A stretch of 63,674 nt of DNA, filler included, from Aduncisulcus paluster (GCA_024181965.1; 8 parts of 8 records of this genome joined end to end with filler, not necessarily neighbours in it), one strand, 5' to 3'; positions 47,179 through 60,693 are shown, counted from the first letter of the whole stretch. Translations and numbers: made by a program. The notes: generated from the sequence alone by a model not told the origin.

Positions 47179-47537
47179 CACAAAAAGCTTCTAAGATGGG
47201 CGAGAAAAATTTCAATTCTCTGCCAATCGTAATGATATGGGAAAAAACAAACATCAATTGAGTTATTTGAGTTAAAACAATATTTCATTTTTCGTAGATT
47301 TAATAAAGTCTTTTTTACTTCTCGGATTCACCAGTTTGATCTCCAAACAATATATCGTCAGATATAAGATAGTTTATCCTCAATATTTATCGAAAATACA
47401 AATAATTTAGATGCTAATAAAAATTTACAAATGTTTTGAGCTCAATACTGAAGCAAGTCACTTAGTAAAATCACAAGGCAAATTTTGAAACATCTGAAGG
47501 AATAATCATTACAATATATTTGTATTAGAGAATTAAG

Positions 47538-48866
47538 ATGGATAAGGAAAAATTTATTGAAGAAAAAAAGCATAGGATAGAGAATTTGCTGCGGAAATAT
47601 GAGATGCTTTATCCAAACGCTAGTCACATTGAACAAGGCCGAATTGATGCTGAAATTACAAGGTTAAAGAAGGAATTGGTAAGATTTGAAGGGAGAAGAA
47701 CTCGTCCGGAAGAACTTCAGCCAGATCCCGCATCGTTGCCGAAACCACGCAAGTCTTTCTTACTATCAAAAAAACCTGTTTATGATGAATGGAGTGAGTT
47801 ACAAAAAAAACGAGTTGCAAGATTAGAAGCCGAAGAAAAAGAAAGACTCTCCCAATTGAAACAGAAAAAGAAAGATTTTGCTCGCGGACTTAATGAACAG
47901 ATTCAATTGCATCAAAAACAACAAATAGCTGATAAAGAAGCTAAAAAACATGAAACATTTGATATCGATAAAACTACTCTAAGAGGAATTGGATCTTTTG
48001 AGATTGAGAGGCTTGGAAAGATTGACACCATTCGTAAACAACATGCAGAGGATGTACTACGCCAGCGTGATGAATATCGTGCCAAGAGAGAAATTGAGGT
48101 CCGTCGAGAAAAGGAAATTGATAATATTTACCTTCGTCGCCGTGTACAAGAACAAGATGAAAGAGATCGCGTCGAAAAAGAGAAATTCCGTGCTCAAGCA
48201 GCCAAAAGGATGAAGTATGAAAGAGAAATGGGATTTTCTTCTCCTCAACGTTCTTCACAAGGGTTGATTGGTAAGCAGCGTGAACGTGCTATGAAGGGAA
48301 GGATGATTATCGAAGAACAGGAAAAGGCTGAGCATTTCAGAGAAGATCGTGATCGTAAAGAGAAAGAACGGAAAGAACACATCCAAAGGCAGAGAGAAGA
48401 CGCTTCTGTCTCTGTTTTTCGAAAAGTTCAGGAAGAAGAGGAGAAACTTCGTCGATCCAGAAGCCCTACTCATATGTCATCTTCATTTAATAGTTCATTC
48501 TCTCTTTCTGATCACACTGCTCGTCGTGTTCGTGCGGGAAGACGGAGTTCTTTGGATAAGTCTAGAACAAAGCGCTCCACTTCGCCCATGAAAGAATATT
48601 TCTCTGCTTTGACTGCTCAAATGAACGAACAACTTGAAAAAGAGGAGAAGGAGGCCATGAAAGAGCTCGAGGACCAGAGAAAGGCCATTCAGCGGAGACA
48701 GCATGCCTATGCCGTTGAAGATGCACGGAAAAAGGCCGAAGAAAAGGAGAAGAGGAGGATCTATCGGGAAGACCTTGCTAGACAAATTGATGAACGAAAG
48801 GGAAGGGATACAGTCTTTCTCTTGAGTGAGACTGAACGTAAATTTAATCGGGATTTATTGATGTGA
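47538..48866 (+). CDS. Charged coiled-coil hypothetical protein
   Basis: 442-aa E/R/K/Q-rich helical ORF; family not recognised. Confidence 0.75.
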   Translation: MDKEKFIEEKKHRIENLLRKYEMLYPNASHIEQGRIDAEITRLKKELVRFEGRRTRPEELQPDPASLPKPRKSFLLSKKPVYDEWSELQKKRVARLEAEEKERLSQLKQKKKDFARGLNEQIQLHQKQQIADKEAKKHETFDIDKTTLRGIGSFEIERLGKIDTIRKQHAEDVLRQRDEYRAKREIEVRREKEIDNIYLRRRVQEQDERDRVEKEKFRAQAAKRMKYEREMGFSSPQRSSQGLIGKQRERAMKGRMIIEEQEKAEHFREDRDRKEKERKEHIQRQREDASVSVFRKVQEEEEKLRRSRSPTHMSSSFNSSFSLSDHTARRVRAGRRSSLDKSRTKRSTSPMKEYFSALTAQMNEQLEKEEKEAMKELEDQRKAIQRRQHAYAVEDARKKAEEKEKRRIYREDLARQIDERKGRDTVFLLSETERKFNRDLLM

Positions 48867-49155
48867 TCATTATGGTCTATTCTAAACACAGAACTATGTT
48901 CGGGTTCTTGGATTGTATTGTTATGTTAGAATCTTTTTTTGTTCGTTCGTTTTCGATTTGATGCAAGAGAGTATTGATTTGCATTTTTATGGATCTCTCG
49001 CGATTGAATATTGATCTATTATTTTTGTATTTGTTTGTTGAAATTTTGTTATTTTCACCCATTTCCAACACAATTATTGATACGTTTTGATCGAATTAAT
49101 CTCATCCCCATCCCACTGGTTATATCTATTTTTAGATGTCTATTTTTAGATACCA

Positions 49156-52100
49156 TCATACAATACTGCAAGTCCCATGTTGCTCCAAAGGTTCTTGTGG
49201 TTGCGGAATACCAGGAAGATCAGAGCCAAGGTCTTGTTCATCGCGAGTAGGTGTTATTGGGGTTTCTCTCAAACTTATACGCCGACTCTTATGTTTCTGT
49301 AATAATTCTTCACTCTTAGTTTCTTTAGGGTTGGGGGGAGACATGGCAGCTTGAAGCATCGATGTCGTAAAGGTACTGAATTGTCCATGGGGTGAGGGAG
49401 ATTGCATGACAACGCCAGTGAGGGGTTTGGAATCAGCGCTTTCACTCCGATTGGAGTTCTTTCCCACGGATTCATGACTAGATGGTTCTCTTTCCCTTTG
49501 TCTATGAATGCTAGGCTCAAGATCTCTGAGTGAAATCCCTTCCAATACATCGGAGGATTTTTCTGAATACAGATCTGCACGGCCAGCCCTTCCCATTTCA
49601 ACACCAGCCACTCTTGGGTGGGCCGATAAGAAAGGAGATGAGCGGACAGAGCCTTGATTAACGTACTCCATTCCTTCAATGGCATGGATTGGGTGGAGCG
49701 ATTGTGCTTCTTCTGCCACTATGGCCGATGCACTCTTGGGAGGTTGAGGAAGAAGTGTGGGATCAATGCATTGTGAAGGTTTCAGACCAATAAGCTTTGG
49801 ATCAGGGTGAGATTCTTGGCCTTCGGTCGATTCTGAGGCATCAATTTGAATAGCTGGTTGAATTTGAGGTTCTTGGATATCTTTATGTTTTGTCAATACG
49901 AGTTCATTTTCTGATTGAGTGTTATCAATAATTGTAAATGGTTTTCTGGGATCTTCAAGCATACTGTGAACTATTGGCATTAATGGTTTAGGGCCGAGAT
50001 CTTGTAATATTCTTTTCCCTGCCCTATATTTTTGTACTCTATCTATCAACATATCCAAATATAATGATATCTTGTTCATAAAGATATCAAGTTCTGCCAT
50101 ACGCTCGACAGCTGCACATTTGGACCGGACAGAATCATTTGCAAGTTTCTCCGACCTTGACTTATCAATTTCTAGTTTCATATTGACTTCTTTTATAAGT
50201 TTTAATTGTTGGGATATATCTGTATGGCGAGTTTCAAATCCAACATTTGCTTCGGTGAGATCTTTGATTTCTTGCTCGAGGAATTCTCTCGTTTGCTCAT
50301 CCTTGGTTGATAATTCTTTAATTTGATCTTTTAATTGTTGTAACAATTCCTCACTCTCCTTCTCTCTTCTCTTGAGAATAGAATCGAGAGAGGAATTTAA
50401 ATCTTGGGCACTCTTGAGTTCATGTTCTAAATCGCCACGAATTTGGCTCATCTTGCTCAATTCAAGCTCATAATTGTCCCTTTGTCTCTCTGCTTCCTTT
50501 AGATCGACAGACTGAGCATCATGACGGGATTGCCAGGATTCGGCTTGGTGCTTCAGGTCCGTACGGAGAGATTCAATGGTGGAAAGTGCATTCGAGAGCT
50601 CGGAAGAATTGGACTTCAGTCGATCATTGAGGGAAGAGAGGTTGGATTCAAGGCTTGCCACCTTCGAACGCAGGGAAGAACACTCTTTCTGGGAGGAGGA
50701 AAGCTCAGATTCATGGAGGGAGCGTGCATGTTCGGAAGAAGACTTCATCTCACGTAGGGACGATTCAAGCTTCTTTATGGATACAGAGGAAGACTCGACA
50801 TTCGCTTGGAGCTCACTGACACGAGATTTGAGGCGGGAACAATCGGATTTCATTTGAGAAAGATGAGCTTCTTTGAGTTGAAGGGCNNNNNNNNNNNNNN
50901 NNNNNNCGTGCATGTTCGGAAGAAGACTTCATCTCACGTAGGGACGATTCAAGCTTCTTTATGGATACAGAGGAAGACTCGACATTCGCTTGGAGCTCAC
51001 TGACACGAGATTTGAGGCGGGAACAATCGGATTTCATTTGAGAAAGATGAGCTTCTTTGAGTTGAAGGGCAGAACGCTCCTTCGACAGGTCGGCGGTAAG
51101 GGTTTCAACCTTCACAGAGAGATCTTTGAGGCGCACAGAATCTTCCTTACGCACAGTTCGGAGCGAGGTGAGTTCCTCGTTTAGGGTTTGAATAGTTTCT
51201 ATTTTTTGTTTCTCTGACTCGATTGATTGTGTTTTTGTAAGTTCAAGTTCATTAGATAATTTAAGAATTTGTACCTGCAATGACTCATTTTCCTTTTGGC
51301 ATTTGGTCAGTTTTTCCTTCGATTTTTGAAATTTCTCAGAATGTTGTTGGACTAAAATCTGTTCTTTTTGCAATGAATCGAATACAGCATCGATTTTGTG
51401 CTGAGTTTCTTTTGAATATTTTTCATGATCATATTGTTTTGTTTTGATTTCTGAAATTAATTTTTCTTTCTCAGAAGTATATTTTGCACGGTTACTCTCA
51501 ATTGAAGTCGAAAGTGCCTTGTTTTTATCAGACAATTCAGAAATTTGACTTGAAAGATCTCGAATTTTTTGTTGATTTTCTTCCATCATTGAGGAATATT
51601 TGGATTGTTCAAGCTCAATATCCTTCTGAAAGGATTCACACACTGATTTTTGAGTTGAAATCTCATCCTGGAGCTCACCTATTCGATCGGAATGCTGGGA
51701 GACTGTTCTTTCCAACCTATTACATTCCTCTGTCTTCGTTGATAGGGATTGTTGGTATAAATCTCTCTTGGATCGAGCCTCATGGAGTTGGTCGTTCTTC
51801 TTCTTCAAATCATCCTCAAGATGTTTCACTCTTGTTTGAAGCTTGTCTCGCTCCAAACTCACATCCTTGACGGTTGCTTCGAGAGTACTGTTGGTGGATG
51901 AAATACGTGCAGAGAAAGAGTCATGCTCAGCACGAAGGGAGGAAAGTTCAGAACGAACAGATGAAAGGGAGGATGTCAATTGAATACGTTCCTTCTCAAA
52001 ACTATTTTTAGACTCTTCCAAAGAATCGGTAAGATCCCGAACAGAAGTTTCTAACTCAACAACGTGGGCCTTTGTGGAAGAATGAGCTGAACGCTCCAAG

Positions 52101-52454
52101 GAGAGAAGATCCTCGAGCTTTTTGATCTCTGTGATGTGCTGTTGGTGAATTGTATCTTTCATCTCACCGGCAGCATGTGTTTCTTCTAGCGAGCTTTTGA
52201 TGGACTTTAACTCATCTTGGAGTTCTTGGATACGAACATCCCTTTCCTTCAGAATTTGATCAGACCGTGACAATTGTTTTGACATATCTTTGAGCTGTGC
52301 TTCAAACTCTTTCTTTTTTTTCTCATGTAATGTCCCAATCTTCTCGATTTGTTCAGAATTATGTTGAATTATTGCTTCTTTCTCAATCTTGTAGTTATCT
52401 TGTTCAGAGATAAAGCGAGTTTCAAGATCTTTATGAGTAGTTTGTAAAAGGGTG
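49156..52454 (-). CDS. Long coiled-coil protein (5'-truncated)
   Basis: Heptad-rich ORF; the two ORF-track pieces merge after removing the duplication 50723-50886 = 50907-51070. Confidence 0.75.
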
Positions 52455-52554
52455 NNNNNNNNNNNNNNNNNNNNNNNNNNNNNNNNNNNNNNNNNNNNTT
52501 AATTAATTAANNNNNNNNNNNNNNNNNNNNNNNNNNNNNNNNNNNNNNNNNNNN

Positions 52555-53598
52555 CATGAACTGACGGATCTCTGTACCTCTTTCCTCGACCATTCCATGG
52601 GTGAGTGCAGGGAACATGAGTGACAGAGCAACAGGATACAGGAACATTCCAATCTTTTCAGGAACAGTGGAAGCATTGTTGGTCGAGTAGTCCATGTATG
52701 ACATACCTTGTTTAGAACAGTCGATGGAGAAGGGATCATTCACTTCAGTGGAGTTGAAACGCATCTGAGCCATAAAAATATAGTTCATGTGGTCCAAAAT
52801 ACGGACAGGGGCATTGGTATGACCAGGAGATACTTCTTGATCATTATCAAGTTGCAAGGCATACCCAAGGGTTGGGAGGTATAAATCTTTGGTTCCCTTG
52901 AATAGATGATCACTTGTACATATATATTCTTTCTTATTATACTGGAATATGTCAAAGACAGCACTGGGCATCAGGAAAGGAAGATCATCAGAACTCCAAT
53001 TATTGTCTTCTTGCAAATATTGAATTCTATCATATAACCAAGCGTCATAATCATCCGCAGTTGATGAAGAAGAACCTTGAGAAAAGCTCGGGAAATAGGC
53101 AGTTTCAGCGGGATCAGAAATATCGGTACTACTGGTATCTTGCCATCTTAAATATGGAGGATCAATGCTTGTGTCATCTCCACTTGAGTTCACTCCAAGC
53201 CCTAGAGTTCCAAGCATACCATAATCAGTGGAATTAGCAAAAGTAATGTCTGTGGTAGGTAAATATCCAATGTCAGTAATAAGATCATCACTAGGATTAG
53301 ATGGATATGTAAAATTCATCAATGTTATAACATCTTGCCCACCTCCACTGGCGGCAGAATATGGTAAAAGCTTGGCCTCATCTGAAGTTACAATATGAGC
53401 GGGTTGAGGAGGAGAATCTTGACCTTTAATAAGAACAGTGATCAATCCCACGAAAAAAATGAGTACAATTGGTATAATAAGTTCCCACACAATGAAGCAA
53501 CAGTTCCTGGTAAGAAGAGCAACTTCCTTCTTCATTAAAGCAGAAAACTGCCGACTTATACCCACAGGAATATTGTATCCATATTTATCTTTGGCCAT
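52555..53598 (-). CDS. ABCA-subfamily transporter, N-terminal part (3'-truncated)
   Basis: RQFSALMKKEVALLTRN...WELIIPIVL first TM, a large exoplasmic loop, then MVEERGTEIRQFM, matching the ABCA VxEKExxLKExM motif. Confidence 0.8.
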
Positions 53599-53802
53599 GG
53601 ATCACTGAGGTAAGTCAAATCATATATAAAAAAAAGCTTTTTGAGATTTGGTCAATGTGGAGTCATATTCACTTCAAGATCATAATTACGGATTAAATTT
53701 GATAATATAAAATGGAAAATTTTCAGTTCCTTTGATGAATCATTTTTTTGATTCTTCAACTCTCGAATCAGGAAGTGACATTTTCTTCGCAAACAAGACA
53801 AC
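53599..53802. promoter_or_regulatory. Probable bidirectional promoter between divergent ABCA and RPN11
   Basis: 204-bp AT-rich interval between two divergent start codons; inferred from position only. Confidence 0.4.
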
Positions 53803-54882
53803 ATGGATATAGCTAGTCTTCTTGGTGGGGCAAAAAAATCGGAACCACCCACTGATAAAGGTGAGACAATATTTATTTCTCCGATTTCCCTTCTTAAAAT
53901 GTTGAAACATGGACGTGCTGGTGTTCCCATCGAAGTGATGGGTCTTATGATTGGAGAATTTGTTGACGAATATACAGTTAGAGTTAGTGATGTTTTTGCT
54001 ATGCCTCAAACAGGAACAACAGTATCTGTTGAGGATGTCGATGCCCTATACCAACAGCAGATGCTCGAGTTACTGGAGAGAGTTGGTAAGACTGAAAAGG
54101 TAGTTGGTTGGTACCATTCCCATCCTGGATTTGGCTGTTGGCTGAGTGGTACTGATATGGGAACTCAAGAATTATTTGAAAAGCTTAACAAGCGTGCCGT
54201 TGCCGTGGTTGTAGATCCAATTCAATCAGTGCGAGGCAAAGTAGTAATAGATGCTTTTAGACTCATGCCTGGTGGAGGTGGAATGAGTTTACTCGGTGGT
54301 GCTGGTATGGGTGGTGGTCCCTCTGATACTCGTCAAGTAACCTCAAATATTGGATCCACAGAGAAACCAAGTATTCAAGCGGCTGTTCGTGGTTTAGGAA
54401 AACGTTATTACTCTCTCCCAATTCGTTTCCATAGAGCTACCGGTGACGAGGATATGTTGCTTCGTCTCGGATATAAACAATGGGAAGATACGTTGAATCC
54501 ATCAAAAAGCGTAAAAGCCGATGCTTGTAGCGATGTTAAGAAGCTTGGTGGGTTTGTAAGGGAATTCAAAGTCCAAATGGAAAAAGAGGAGGAAGAAAGG
54601 GAGAAAATAAGGCAAAAAGAAGAGAAAGAGAGGCAAAGATGGGGTTTTGAAAGTGTTGAAGCCATGAAAAAACAGAAAGAAGAAGAGGAAGATGAGGAGG
54701 AAGATGATGAAGATACTCCCAGAAAGAAGAAAAACGAGGAGGAAGAAGAAGATAAAGATATTGTAAGTGGAGAAAGATTAGTGGGAAGAGATCCAAAAAG
54801 ACATTTAAGGGAGGAGAGTGATGGTATTATGAGTGCTGTTGCCAAACGTTCTCTCGATGTCTCTATTAGCATGCTTATTTGA
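53803..54882 (+). CDS. RPN11: 26S proteasome deubiquitinase RPN11/PSMD14
   Basis: [24 protein letters not shown] motif [35 protein letters not shown] and DPKRHL. Confidence 0.97.
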   Translation: MDIASLLGGAKKSEPPTDKGETIFISPISLLKMLKHGRAGVPIEVMGLMIGEFVDEYTVRVSDVFAMPQTGTTVSVEDVDALYQQQMLELLERVGKTEKVVGWYHSHPGFGCWLSGTDMGTQELFEKLNKRAVAVVVDPIQSVRGKVVIDAFRLMPGGGGMSLLGGAGMGGGPSDTRQVTSNIGSTEKPSIQAAVRGLGKRYYSLPIRFHRATGDEDMLLRLGYKQWEDTLNPSKSVKADACSDVKKLGGFVREFKVQMEKEEEEREKIRQKEEKERQRWGFESVEAMKKQKEEEEDEEEDDEDTPRKKKNEEEEEDKDIVSGERLVGRDPKRHLREESDGIMSAVAKRSLDVSISMLI

Positions 54883-55926
54883 AATTTAAAATATCAAGGG
54901 ATTAANNNNNNNNNNNNNNNNNNNNNNNNNNNNNNNNNNNNNNNNNNNNTTAATTAATTAANNNNNNNNNNNNNNNNNNNNNNNNNNNNNNNNNNNNNNN
55001 NNNNNAATTCAAATTTTTATATCACTGAGAAGGTAGAATATCCAGGATTGATCAATGATATAAAAGAATATTTTTTGGCATTTATTATATTTTTTGCTCT
55101 AAATTTATAATAAAATGCACAGGACACTCTTTGAGATATTATCATTTTTATTTATTTATTCATATTTTTAGTTTGCTTTTCTTGAATAAATGTCGTCGTT
55201 ATTGCAAAAAATGTTATTTTTACAAATGAGATAATATCCAATATGGAGAAAAATACATGACATTTACGCTTTGATGATCTTGACAATTTCTGGAATTCCA
55301 GAGGAAGTTCAATTTCATTGGTAGGAATAGCGTTTATTTACTTTATTAACAAGAATCTATTTAACAGAAATTTTAAAATAAACTGTCTATGTAGTGCAGG
55401 GGTAAAACGGGAATTAATGGAAATAATTCAATTTGGTATTCCAAAATATCAATATATTTTTATTAGGATAATTATTTTTATATTTTATTCGAATTCAAAA
55501 TTTTGGGACACTCTGTTCAAAATAATAAATAATAATAATAGTTTCTGTCAATAATAAATAAACAACATTGTAATACCATCATACTAACAATTTGAAATTT
55601 CTATAAATAGACAACATGACTCATGTCATGAGAAAGTCTATGTAAAGAATGGAGAATAGACGGCAAAAAGAATTAAGAGAATGATCCGAAAACTCTCAGG
55701 GAAAATAATAAGCAAATTCATTAAAGGAAAATTTCGAAAGTTTAAGAAAAGAATACCCAAATAAAAACTGTAAGGAAGAGAAAGAAACACGGTGGTCCCA
55801 AAAATAGAAGTATGCGAAATGTGATGGCAAATAGCACACAAGGAATAGGACAATCAAAGTATTAATAAACAATATATAATTAATCTATATATTTAAGGCT
55901 CGTTAAACAGGAATGAACAAAAGGAA

Positions 55927-57308
55927 TTAAACTCTATCATTGCTCTCGTCAGATGAACTGGAATCCTCAAGGCCGAGAAGACCAGACTTTTCATCTTGGG
56001 ATTTCTTGGCCTTAGCAGCCATTTGTTGCTTGTATTTCTTCCAGTTAAGCTCAATATTCTCCACTCCAATACGGGGCTTAGCAAGAGGATCGTACTGCGG
56101 GTGACCCTTGAGGTTGATTTCATGAGGACTGGCCTTGGAAATGAAAGCGGCAAGGAGGCTGAAGATACTGACACCTGCCATCACGATGTACACACCAGAA
56201 CTGGCCTTCAGAGCAACCTGTTCAGTCACAATTCCATCGGGATCTTGTCCTTGAGCTTCAATGAACACATCTTGCAAACAACCGGCAAGAGATGTTCCCA
56301 TGGCAAAACCAACCTCTCTGAATGTCTGAACAAGGCCTCCAACGATGCCTCTGACGTTCCTGGGAGCAGCAGAGGTGACGAACCCAGTGTTACTGGTTTG
56401 GAATCCACCAATTCCAAGGGAAATAATGGCCAAAATACACACAATAACACCAACCCCATATTTGCACAACAAACTAAGCAAGACTAAACCTGTGCATTGG
56501 ATAATACAACTCCCAACACGAGTGAAGAAAGAAAGATACTTCCGACAGAGTTTTCCAGCTATAAAAGCAGCCACAACCATACCAATTGTTACAGGGAGCA
56601 TGCAAAGTCCAGACATTGAGGGACTGAGACCAAATGTATCTTGCAAGAGGAAAGGAACCTGATAAATGATGCAAGCTTGAGCACCAAATGTAATAGTGGC
56701 TCCAATAAGACTAGCAACAACAGTTCTGTTGACAAGAAGAGGAATTGGAAGAGCAGGGAAGTCAATTTTAGACTCGTAAAGAAGAACAAGAATAAATAAA
56801 CCGATTCCTACAATCATAATGATGATTCCGATCCACCAAGTGTATTCGATGTAACTAAGGCCAAATACAACAATTCCAAGGCTTACAAAGATTCCAATGG
56901 CTCCAAACACATCAAATTTGCTCTCAATAACACGTTTAACAGGAGGAAGCATCACCCAACAAGCTACGAGGCCAATGATACCGAAAGGAATATTAATGAA
57001 GAAGGCAAACTCCCATCCGAGGTATTGAGTCAGCAATCCTCCAATGATGGGACCAAGGGCGGCAGCAATTGAACCGAAAAGAGTGTTCAAGATCATAGCT
57101 GTCTGCATACCATCATGAGTACAGAGATGGGCGACAAGGGCAAGATTGTTTGAAAGAAGAAGAGCTGCAGCAATACCTTGGAAAGCACGAAATACGATAA
57201 CGGAATAGATAGACCAGGGAATTCCACAACAGGCAGAAAAGAAAATGAAGAAGAACATTCCAACACGATGAACAATGACTGTTCCATAACGATCTCCAAT
57301 TTTCCCAG
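55927..57308 (-). CDS. MFS transporter, DHA2 (EmrB/QacA-like) family; 5'-truncated
   Basis: Motif A GKIGDRYG at the scaffold edge, FRAFQGIAAA, motif C GPIIGGLLT..LGWEFAFFINIPFG, FDVFG, and many TM helices. Confidence 0.88.
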
Positions 57309-57408
57309 NNNNNNNNNNNNNNNNNNNNNNNNNNNNNNNNNNNNNNNNNNNNTTAATTAATTAANNNNNNNNNNNNNNNNNNNNNNNNNNNNNNNNNNNN
57401 NNNNNNNN

Positions 57409-59307
57409 AGGGAATGCAGATTGTATCTTGGATTTGGAATACTCCATGAAATGTTGAATACTCGAGGAAAAAAGTCTTTCAGTAATGATCTTAATCTCCT
57501 CACCTGTCAGGGCTTCAATGCTCAGGGACTTGTCAATAACACATGTGATGACCTGACAGAATGTCTTGAGATCAGTATCTCTTTTTGCATCATCCGCTCG
57601 AGGAATAGAAGAAACTGGGCCTGAACTTGAGGAGCAAGAAGATGACGGGATTGCAAAAAGATCTTTACAATGAACAGCTATACGCTTAGAATAGAACTCG
57701 TTGAGGTCTGTTAGACTCTGGATGGATTGAATCAATTTGATGTCCTCTGACCAACTATTAGTAGCATAGCGACTAGAGGAATGGAAGACACGGAAATACC
57801 CATTCTTGCATTCAGCAGGGACTTTCTCAAGAACATACTGTGTTTGTTCCTCAGCCTTGGATGAACAAAACATGTCATAACCATATGTATCTTGGGGGAT
57901 CGTGGCATTTTTGGAGAGAGACTTCTCAAATCTATCACGTACATCGTCACAATGAGACATGATGATCACAAGATTCATCCATACACAGACACAACGCACA
58001 ACGATCGAGGTATCACAGGTGAAAGTGGAAGTACTGCTCACAGACCCATCACGGGCACTCTTCATACTGCTGTACTGTTTCAATGTCCGGTGGACAATGG
58101 CTTTGATCCACTCGTTGAGGATATTTCCAAGACCATCGTATATGACGAGTGAGTTGGAAGTATTATGCAGACAGAGCTTGCTAAAGAACTCAATGACCTC
58201 GATCATGCATTGTTGGAAGTCTGGATCACAGTTCATCCGAAGTGAATCAGTGGGGAAATGAACCTTATTCAGATGCTTGATGATGCAGGGAATGGCTTGA
58301 GAGCAATATGAATAACACGAAGGATGATCAATGTTTGTGCATGACACAAGAGAGAAGAACACAGTGACAAATGCATTAAACACATGCAAATCGTCTCCAT
58401 ATGTCTGCATCCACTCGATACCATATGGACGGATCAGCTCAAAGAACAAGGTGGGGACTTGGCCAGTTTTATCACCATCACGCAGGATCACATCAGAGAT
58501 ATCACGGCAGATAACACTCACATCATGGAGCGTGTCCTGGCTCAAAGGGGACTCTGAAAGAGAGGACTTAGAAAGACCTTCGGAGAAGATGCAATGTAGA
58601 GCATGGCAAACAGGTGAGGCTGGATCAACAAAATGGTAAACAATTTTAAAATTCTTAACATTGGCAAGATAGCTTATGCACAGGTCACAAAATATTGAAG
58701 CAAGCTCGCGTGGAAACACAATCGTAAATTGAGCTATAATCGGAAGAAAGGAGAATATTTCGTTAATTCCTTTAATCCACTTGGTAGAATCTCGCCTTTT
58801 TTCAGTTTTGCTTTTATGAGAGCAAATTTGCTGCAATTTAAACCCAATAACACTGGAAAAAAAAGAAATACATTGGGAACAGTGAATTATTTCTTGGACA
58901 TGTTCTCCAATTTCTTCTTTCGATTTATGTTGATACAATTCAAATAATGAACTCACATCGTCCCTCAAAGAATAAAAATATTTTAATGTGGATTCCTGAT
59001 CTTCCATTTCAACAATAGTCTTTGGAATAATACTCCAATCCCGATCCACACAAACCAGTTCTGGCTGCACAATATATTCCGATTCCGATTCCTCTTGAAA
59101 AGAATCTAATGAAGACGTCGGTGGATTTGGAAAAAATTGAGGCTGTGATGTATGAAAAACTTTTTCTGTATCTTGGCTATGTGTAGAAATAGGAACACTA
59201 TTAGGGAAAGAAGGCTCCTTTTTCGGAGTCAAATCAACAAAGATTGCATTATCCTCACTCTTCTTGCAGGATTCCTTCTCAGAAGAGCCACTATTCGATT
59301 CCCGCAT
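57409..59307 (-). CDS. Hypothetical helical protein (3'-truncated)
   Basis: ORF of more than 630 aa open to the scaffold end; no recognisable family. Confidence 0.65.
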
Positions 59308-60148
59308 CTGTATGTCGCAAGATAATTATAATAAAAATATATTTATACAAAAAGAAGCTTACCAAAAAATTTTCAAATAATGAACTCACATCGTCCCTCA
59401 AAGAATAAAAATATTTTAATGTGGATTCCTGATCTTCCATTTCAACAATAGTCTTTGGAATAATACTCCAATCCCGATCCACACAAACCAGTTCTGGCTG
59501 CACAATATATTCCGATTCCGATTCCTCTTGAAAAGAATCTAATGAAGACGTCGGTGGATTTGGAAAAAATTGAGGCTGTGATGTATGAAAAACTTTTTCT
59601 GTATCTTGGCTATGTGTAGAAATAGGAACACTATTAGGGAAAGAAGGCTCCTTTTTCGGAGTCAAATCAACAAAGATTGCATTATCCTCACTCTTCTTGC
59701 AGGATTCCTTCTCAGAAGAGCCACTATTCGATTCCCGCATCTGTATGTCGCAAGATAATTATAATAAAATTCCATTTCAACAATAGTCTTTGGAATAATA
59801 CTCCAATCCCGATCCACACAAACCAGTTCTGGCTGCACAATATATTCCGATTCCGATTCCTCTTGAAAAGAATCTAATGAAGACGTCGGTGGATTTGGAA
59901 AAAATTGAGGCTGTGATGTATGAAAAACTTTTTCTGTATCTTGGCTATGTGTAGAAATAGGAACACTATTAGGGAAAGAAGGCTCCTTTTTCGGAGTCAA
60001 ATCAACAAAGATTGCATTATCCTCACTCTTCTTGCAGGATTCCTTCTCAGAAGAGCCACTATTCGATTCCCGCATCTGTATGTCGCAAGATAATTATAAT
60101 AAAAATATATTTATACAAAAAGAAGCTTACCAAAAAATTTTCAAATAA
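58939..60148. repeat. Tandem triplication of the 5' end of the 57409-59307 gene (offsets 433 and 335 bp)
   Basis: Identical MRESNSGSSEK... starts at 59307, 59740 and 60075; no N gap in the interval. Confidence 0.9.
59308..59362 (-). other. Candidate intron (55 nt) immediately before the ATG; full copy also at 60076-60130
   Basis: TTG|GTAAGC...AT-rich...GACATACAG|ATGCGG. Confidence 0.5.
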
Positions 60149-60693
60149 CCTGAAAATGAATGGTAAGGAACAAATGACTGTGGGAGCCTTTTTTTTGATT
60201 GCACGCAAGAATATCAATAATGATGGATTATTTGGCATGATATTTATTCAATTAACCGTTCAATTTGTAATTTATAATGTATCTTACATATATCCTTTTC
60301 AGGAAGGTTTTTAGATGTCTGCTCATTTTTTCTTATGGATCCATATTTTGTATTATATTATTTTCATAAAAAAAATAATTTATTTGGTTATAACTGCTAA
60401 TTTCCAATCAGATTGTGGCTTTATGTTGTTTCGTTTGATCCAGGATCTCAAGTTGCAATATCTGCTTATTGGCAGGGTTCTTCGTGTGAAAAGATCGCTA
60501 AAAAGGCAATAACCTCAAAAATACTAGTCCAGTCAACTCCAAGTGTGAAAAATGGCTTTATTTTTTTTTATTATATTTTCCAGCCTGGAAATGTTAGGGT
60601 TATTGAGTAACACTTGATGTTGTCATTGATTTCGAAATCTAAATTAAGACAAAAAAAAAATGTTTTGAACATGAAATATCATGTAATTTCTCA

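Noticed and set aside
1739..51070. Internal domain duplications in LRR, BEACH-like, beta-helix, GS, alpha2-delta-like and coiled-coil genes
   Set aside because: Each is centred on a 20-N gap and is an unmerged contig overlap.
53604..53617. ACTTACCT on the minus strand (U1 5'-end-like), AGGTAAGT on the plus strand
   Set aside because: It abuts the ABCA start codon, with no U1 stems or Sm site and no convincing partner acceptor.
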